DNA of 64,000 nucleotides from Candidatus Multivoradales bacterium. Lineage in GTDB: Bacteria; Acidobacteriota; Thermoanaerobaculia; Multivoradales; J023. The notes beneath the pieces were generated by a model. It worked only from the letters and a program-made list of their open reading frames with translations, did no database searches and had not been told where the DNA came from. The position numbers and the translations under genes are program-made. Position 1 is the stretch's first letter; the number at the start of each line of letters is the position of its first letter. Shown here piece after piece: positions 58,733-64,000 of the stretch. Location: positions 256,001 to 320,000 of the forward strand of contig CBDFLE010000005.1 in the NCBI GenBank assembly GCA_965248925.1. The letters are read 5' to 3'.

Positions 58733-60328
58733 CTAGGTTCCGACCCTGCCTAGATTCCGCAGCCGCTGCAAGTGAGCAAGAATCTGGCGCTCGGCGATCG
58801 GCTGGACCTGTGGCGGGATATCTTGGTAGACGGCCGCCACCATCTCGGCCGGTGTTTTCAGGCCGCCTTGGTAGGCAGCCAGCACTTGGGCTTCGCGCTC
58901 TAGGCGGTGTCGGTGGAGCTTCTCCAAGTGTTCTGTGGCGGGAGTCAGGAGGGGGCCGTGGGCGGGGAAGAGGCAGCTTGGCTCAACTGCGAGCACCTTT
59001 TCTAGGGATCCCAGGTAGGCGTCCATGTCGCCCTCAGGCGGGTCAATGACGATGGTGCTGAGGCCGGCCACCAGGTCGCCGGCAATCAGCGAACCGTAGG
59101 TCGGGTCGTGGAAGGCGAGATGGCCGCGGGTGTGGCCGGGGGTGTGCAACACCCGCACCGGGAAAGGGCGATGGACTGAGCCGAGCTGGTGGATCTCGCC
59201 GTCAGCAAGTTCGCCGTCCAATTCGATTCCGGCGCTGAGCAGCGCTGCTCTGCTCAGCGAGTGAGCGAGGACTGGCACCCTGAGATGACGGCGAATTTCC
59301 TCGACCGCGCCGATGTGGTCGGCATGATGGTGGGTGAGCCAGATGGCGCGAACTCGGCGACCCCGCTGCTGCGCCGCGGTGAGGGCCGACAAGAGACGGT
59401 TGATCTCTTCGGGAAAAGGCGAAGCCGGATCTACCAGCACTGCTTGGTCGTAGCCCAGCAGAAAGGCGTTGGTGTGGGTGGCTGGGGGCAGGGTGGGGGT
59501 ACGCAGGGGTAGCAGCAGGACGCCGGGACGGAACTCAATCTGGCGCATTTGGCCGAGAAAAGTCTCGCGAGTGTCGACCAAACGGCGCAAGCCTCTATTG
59601 GGGCCGTCTTCGTGCAGCACTTTCAGAATGTGAACGATGGGCGGCGCCGCCAGGACTTCGCCGCTTCGCCAACGGGCCAGGGCGATGGCTGGTTCTATCC
59701 ACTCGCCATGGTCGAGTTCGCCGGGCTGAATTGTGGGTTGCGTGGTTTCGCTGGCCGGCCATTCGAGGAGGAAGAAGCGATTGTCGAACCTCATTGGCGC
59801 TAGCGGGGGAGTCAACCAACGGCCGGCAAAGGACAGTCGGGAGGCGTCGGGCAGGATGCTGCTAGCCGCTGCCAGCTCAGCAAAATCGCCTGCCGCCAGC
59901 AGCTGCTGGCGCAGGCACTCGAGGTCGGCAGGATCTCCTTGAGCGAGAGGTAGGAGGCCAGTTTCTTCAACCAGCTCGCGCAGAGCAGCGGCCACTAGAC
60001 CGGGAATCAGATCAGTACCGATCGCTTCTCGGGTGGCGGTGTCCATGCCGGCCATTGCCGGGCTGGTCTGAGTCGCGCTGAGGCCGTGGGCGGAGCCAGC
60101 GATCTCGACGCCGGCGTCTGAGCGATCCAAGCTGCCACCGGGGAAGGCGTGCCAGCCGGCCATGAATCGCAGCCGTGGCGAGCGTCGTACCCAGTAGACC
60201 TCGAGGCGACCGGCGGTGCGCCGCCAAGGCACCACGGCGGCCGAGGGGCGGGGTGGTCGCGGCGGCGTGGCAGGAGCTGCCAAACCTGACAGGATCTGCT
60301 CGTAGAGACTTTGCTGCGGCTCGCTCAT
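58733..60328 (-). CDS. Nudix + metallo-beta-lactamase-fold fusion hydrolase (LACTB2-like)
   Basis: FPGG..AALRELVEETG; THHHADHIG, TPGHT, AGD, PAHG. Confidence 0.88.
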   Translation of the reverse strand: MSEPQQSLYEQILSGLAAPATPPRPPRPSAAVVPWRRTAGRLEVYWVRRSPRLRFMAGWHAFPGGSLDRSDAGVEIAGSAHGLSATQTSPAMAGMDTATREAIGTDLIPGLVAAALRELVEETGLLPLAQGDPADLECLRQQLLAAGDFAELAAASSILPDASRLSFAGRWLTPPLAPMRFDNRFFLLEWPASETTQPTIQPGELDHGEWIEPAIALARWRSGEVLAAPPIVHILKVLHEDGPNRGLRRLVDTRETFLGQMRQIEFRPGVLLLPLRTPTLPPATHTNAFLLGYDQAVLVDPASPFPEEINRLLSALTAAQQRGRRVRAIWLTHHHADHIGAVEEIRRHLRVPVLAHSLSRAALLSAGIELDGELADGEIHQLGSVHRPFPVRVLHTPGHTRGHLAFHDPTYGSLIAGDLVAGLSTIVIDPPEGDMDAYLGSLEKVLAVEPSCLFPAHGPLLTPATEHLEKLHRHRLEREAQVLAAYQGGLKTPAEMVAAVYQDIPPQVQPIAERQILAHLQRLRNLGRVGT

Positions 60329-60465
60329 GAGGGTCTTATAGCAGGATCGGGGCGCTGGTTGAAAGGGAACTCTGGCTGCTGCGTGCTGCTAGTCGCGTGG
60401 GCTGGTTGTGAGACTATGAGGCGTCTATCGAGGTCGCTGCCACTCTCTGGCTGAGAACTCTACCG

Positions 60466-61695
60466 ATGAAACGCAAGCTTGGCACTCTCGCCCTTCTATA
60501 CATCGTTCAGGGGCTTCCCTTTGGTTTTCAAGTCACCGCTCTGCCGATCTACTTGCGGCAGCAGGGGGTGTCGCTGGCCGGTATCGGACTGGCCAGTCTG
60601 CTGTCGCTGCCGTGGATGATCAAAGTTTTCTGGGGGCCGGCGGTAGACCGCTTCGGCTCGCGCAAGTTCGGCCGCCGACGGTCTTGGATTCTGCCGTTGC
60701 AAGCGGCGCTGGCGGTGAGTTGCCTAATTGCCGCGTCAGTCTTGCCCGGCGGCGAGCTATCGCTGCTGGTCGGCGTGGTGCTGTTGATGAACCTCTTCGC
60801 CTCGACCATGGATGTAGCGGTCGATGGCCTGGCGGTCGACATGCTGCAAGCGCACGAGCTGGGCTATGGCAACATCGCTCAGGTAGTTGGCTTCAAACTT
60901 GGCATGTTGACCGGTGGCGGTTTGCTGGTCTGGGCGAGCGGTTGGATCGGTTGGCGCGGTTTGTTTTTCTCCATGGCGGCTTTGATCGCGTTGGCGATGG
61001 TCTTTACTTGGAGGTTCAATGAGCAGTCGGTGGTCAGCGAACCGGTCGCCGAGAGGCCGACCATGGGTGAAATTCTGCGCAGCCTGCTGGCCACCTTTCG
61101 CCTGCCCGGAGCCTATTGGCTGCTGCTCTTTGTCGCCACCTACAAGCTTGGTGAGTCGATGGCCGACGCGATGTTTCGGCCTTTTCTCTACGATGCCGGA
61201 TTCCAGCCGCAGCAGCTCGGATTCTGGCTTGGAACTTGGGGATTGGGCTTCTCTCTAGCAGGTTCACTTCTCGGCGGCGTGCTGGCCAGCCGGATACGTA
61301 TTCTGTGGGCGGTGGGTTGGCTGGCGCTGTTGCGGGCTCTGGCGGTGGGTGGTGAGTTTTGGCTGTCGTTGGTCGACCCGACCAGTGGGAGGGTGGCGAC
61401 GGTGATCGCCGTCGAAAATCTATTTGGTGGCGCGCTGACCCCAGCACTTTTCGCCTACATGATGTCGCGGGTCGATCGACGGATCGGTGCTACCCACTTC
61501 ACCTTGCTGGCGACCGTCGAGGTGTCTGGCAAGCTGGCTGCCGGCACGATGTCAGGCTTCCTGGCCGAGCGATTGGGTTACACCTCGCTGTTCTTGATTG
61601 CGACCCTGCTGGCGCTCATGTTTCTTGCTCTTCTGTGGCCTATGTGGCGGGCTGAAGAACGACTCAGAAGGTCGGCCGAGGTCTTTGTGCGCTAG
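60466..61695 (+). CDS. MFS transporter, AmpG-like
   Basis: [32 protein letters not shown]. Confidence 0.85.
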   Translation: MKRKLGTLALLYIVQGLPFGFQVTALPIYLRQQGVSLAGIGLASLLSLPWMIKVFWGPAVDRFGSRKFGRRRSWILPLQAALAVSCLIAASVLPGGELSLLVGVVLLMNLFASTMDVAVDGLAVDMLQAHELGYGNIAQVVGFKLGMLTGGGLLVWASGWIGWRGLFFSMAALIALAMVFTWRFNEQSVVSEPVAERPTMGEILRSLLATFRLPGAYWLLLFVATYKLGESMADAMFRPFLYDAGFQPQQLGFWLGTWGLGFSLAGSLLGGVLASRIRILWAVGWLALLRALAVGGEFWLSLVDPTSGRVATVIAVENLFGGALTPALFAYMMSRVDRRIGATHFTLLATVEVSGKLAAGTMSGFLAERLGYTSLFLIATLLALMFLALLWPMWRAEERLRRSAEVFVR

Positions 61696-61747
61696 AATCA
61701 AAGACTGGAAACGCTGAATTCAATAGGCGACTCAAACGACGGACAAG

Positions 61748-63043
61748 ATGGAATCTCTACCCCCCAACAAGGATCGTCGCTCTGCGACTCGCGCTGCCCT
61801 GGGCCGGCCGATTCGGCTGCAGTTCGACGATTCTCTGGAATCCGATCAGGGCACCTGCGAGAACCTGTCGACCGGTGGCATTTTCGTCGCCTGTACGGCG
61901 CTGCGACCGGCCGGTAGCCTGGTGCGTTTCGAAGTCCGTCTGGACGAAGAACAGCGGATTCGCGGCCTCGGTGAAGTGGCGTGGAATCGCGGCGAGGGAC
62001 GGGGGCCTGCCGGCATGGGGATTAGTTTTCGCTTTCTCGAGCAGAACGATCGGCAAAAAATCCTCAAATTGCTCAGCGAGGAGATCAAGCGGCGGCTTGA
62101 GAACCAGTCGTTGGTGGCCGATCAGGAAGCTCCGCTCGGCCAATCATCGCCGGTGAGCGGAAGCCGGTCAGTAGGGGAACGGTTGGCGGCCCAGCCGCGG
62201 CCCAGCTCGCTTAGCAGGGAGGCTGAGGAGGTCGAAATCGATGCGGCGCTCGACGAACTTGGGGTCGCTGAGAGCGACCCGCGGCTGGCCGACGCAGAGC
62301 GGCCAGAAACCTCTTCTGTTCCCCTGCGCCTATCGGCCGAGCCCTTTGATGATCTGTTGGATCAAGCCGACAGCCAAGAGCTTCCCCGGCTCAGTGATTT
62401 GCCGACCGCGCCGCGTTTGTCCAAGATCGACGCGCGGGCGGTGGTTCGAGCGGCGCGGTCCGCTGGTATTCGCCGATGGCCGTTGATTGTTGGGGCGATC
62501 TTGCTGTTGGCGGTGGTGCTTGGTTGGTGGTGGCTGCGAGGTCTGCCAGAGACCGAGGCTGAGGGCCCTCCGGCGGGCGAGCCGGTCGGCCAAGAAGAAT
62601 CAGCTGAGCCTGTTAGCCTGGGGTCGGCGCCGCCGGACCCGAGTGGGCAGCCGCCTCGAAAGACCGAGTCAGTAGAGTCCACGGCAACCGCGATGTCCAA
62701 CTTCAGCAAGTTGCTGGATATTTCCTGGCAGCCGACCGGCGATGGTGGATTGCGCGTCGTGTTGCAGGGCGATGGAGAGATTTCCCGGGGTCGGACTCGT
62801 CGCTTTCACATGGTCGGCCTAGAGCCCCGAGAGGGAGTTGTCCTGCGGGGAGTACGGCAGCGCTTCAAACGCGAGACGATGAAGGTCGGCGGGCCGCGAG
62901 TGGCGCGGATTCGCACCGGTTTCCATCGCCGGTCGGGCGACGATGAGCTGCATGTGATCTTCGACTTGCTAGATGCCAGAGGACCACGCCCGCGATTGAA
63001 TTTCGACGGAGCCCAGCTGGAAGTCCTGTTCCCGGCGAGTTGA
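61748..63043 (+). CDS. PilZ-domain membrane protein with C-terminal AMIN-like domain
   Basis: DRRSATR, NLSTGG PilZ motifs; TM; RIRTGFH..LHVIFDL. Confidence 0.75.
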   Translation: MESLPPNKDRRSATRAALGRPIRLQFDDSLESDQGTCENLSTGGIFVACTALRPAGSLVRFEVRLDEEQRIRGLGEVAWNRGEGRGPAGMGISFRFLEQNDRQKILKLLSEEIKRRLENQSLVADQEAPLGQSSPVSGSRSVGERLAAQPRPSSLSREAEEVEIDAALDELGVAESDPRLADAERPETSSVPLRLSAEPFDDLLDQADSQELPRLSDLPTAPRLSKIDARAVVRAARSAGIRRWPLIVGAILLLAVVLGWWWLRGLPETEAEGPPAGEPVGQEESAEPVSLGSAPPDPSGQPPRKTESVESTATAMSNFSKLLDISWQPTGDGGLRVVLQGDGEISRGRTRRFHMVGLEPREGVVLRGVRQRFKRETMKVGGPRVARIRTGFHRRSGDDELHVIFDLLDARGPRPRLNFDGAQLEVLFPAS

Positions 63044-63111
63044 CCAGCCAGCGTTGGGAAAGGCCGCGGGTCCGGCGCCTACCGCTAGACCCGCTTTCCC
63101 AAGAGGGAGCT

Positions 63112-64000
63112 CTAGGCCAGGACCGTGGCCGGCTCCAAGCCGCGCACTCCGGTCCCCATCAGCACCGGTTCGATACGCGCCAAGGCCCAATCTAGCTCGT
63201 TCCGTTGAATGACCAAAGGCGGTGCGATACGAATCACGTTGTCGTGGGTCTCCTTGCACAGCACCCCCAACTCCTGCAAGGTCTCGCAGAAGCGCCGGGC
63301 GCCCCCCGCCTGGTCGGTGAGTTCGATGCCAATCCACAAACCACGCCCGCGGACTTCGCGGATGTAAGGCGAATCGAGATTGCGCAGGCGATCGATGGCG
63401 TAGCGGCCCAGTTCGGCCGAATTCTCGACCAGGCTTTCATCGACCAAGACTCGCAAAGCTGCCCCAGCCACCGCCGCTGCCACCGGATTGCCGCCGTAGG
63501 TCGAGCCATGGTCGCCGGGTTGGAATACATCCATCACCACGTCATCCGCGAGAATCGCCGACACTGGGTAGAGTCCGCCGGAAAGAGCCTTGCCGATGAT
63601 CACCACGTCGGGGCGGATATCTTCGTGCTGGTAGGCGAAGAGCTTGCCGGTACGGCCGAGGCCCGATTGGATCTCGTCGGCCATCAGTAACGAATTGTGC
63701 TGCTCGGTGAGCTGGCGCAAATGGCGCAGGTAGCCGTCCGGTGGCACGATGATGCCACCTTCACCCTGGATCGGCTCGAACAACACAGCGGCCACGTTGC
63801 TGTGCATGGCCTCGGTGATGGCGTCGAAATCACCGAAGGGTAAGATCCTGAAGCCTGGGGTGAATGGGCCAAAGCCGTCCTTGTACTGGTCATCGGAGGA
63901 GAAGCCGACGATGGTCGTGGTGCGGCCGTGGAAGTTATTCTCGAACACCAGGATCTCGGCCTCACCCTCTGGGGTGCCCTTGACCTTGTAGGCCCATTTG
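63112..64000 (-). CDS. rocD: Ornithine aminotransferase (5' part outside window)
   Basis: NFHGRT, EPIQGEGG, DEIQSGLGRTG, GKALSGG, HGSTYGGNP, CKETH..IRIAPPL. Confidence 0.95.
   Translation of the reverse strand, partial: KWAYKVKGTPEGEAEILVFENNFHGRTTTIVGFSSDDQYKDGFGPFTPGFRILPFGDFDAITEAMHSNVAAVLFEPIQGEGGIIVPPDGYLRHLRQLTEQHNSLLMADEIQSGLGRTGKLFAYQHEDIRPDVVIIGKALSGGLYPVSAILADDVVMDVFQPGDHGSTYGGNPVAAAVAGAALRVLVDESLVENSAELGRYAIDRLRNLDSPYIREVRGRGLWIGIELTDQAGGARRFCETLQELGVLCKETHDNVIRIAPPLVIQRNELDWALARIEPVLMGTGVRGLEPATVLA

Overview
High-GC bacterial chromosomal window. The gene repertoire suggests Acidobacteriota, Thermoanaerobaculia-like (inference). Left flank (1-15.7 kb): SGNH/TPR protein, AMP-ligase plus KS/CLF-like pair, membrane PP2C phosphatase, TPR protein, nsrR, pdxH, ctaA, guaB, ECF/anti-sigma/DUF4097. 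Right flank (53.8-64 kb): DJ-1/PfpI, TLC protein, bacilliredoxin, DUF423, pruA, Nudix-MBL, MFS, PilZ protein, rocD. Between them is a ~38 kb island bounded by a 38-bp direct repeat (15705-15742 / 53792-53829) that duplicates the 3' end of the DJ-1/PfpI gene. The island carries (i) an HTH-TPR regulator divergent from a hypothetical/PCD-like/radC operon; (ii) a signal-peptide-bearing Rhs polymorphic-toxin system (full-length Rhs, a 5'-truncated 3 kb duplicate, orphan tips, an array of candidate immunity genes) with Cys-rich HExxH tips and a Cys-bracketed FxDGFExGD..AW motif placed inside the Rhs core; (iii) a tyrosine integrase with an apparently uninterrupted attP-like region; (iv) nested IS1182-, IS1380-, IS3-, IS21-, ISL3- and IS481-like elements, plus a group II intron inserted 2 nt from the inferred end of the IS481-like element; (v) an ECF-FecR-TonB receptor trio and a GT-C-like membrane protein. 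All alignments and counts were done by eye; no database searches were run.
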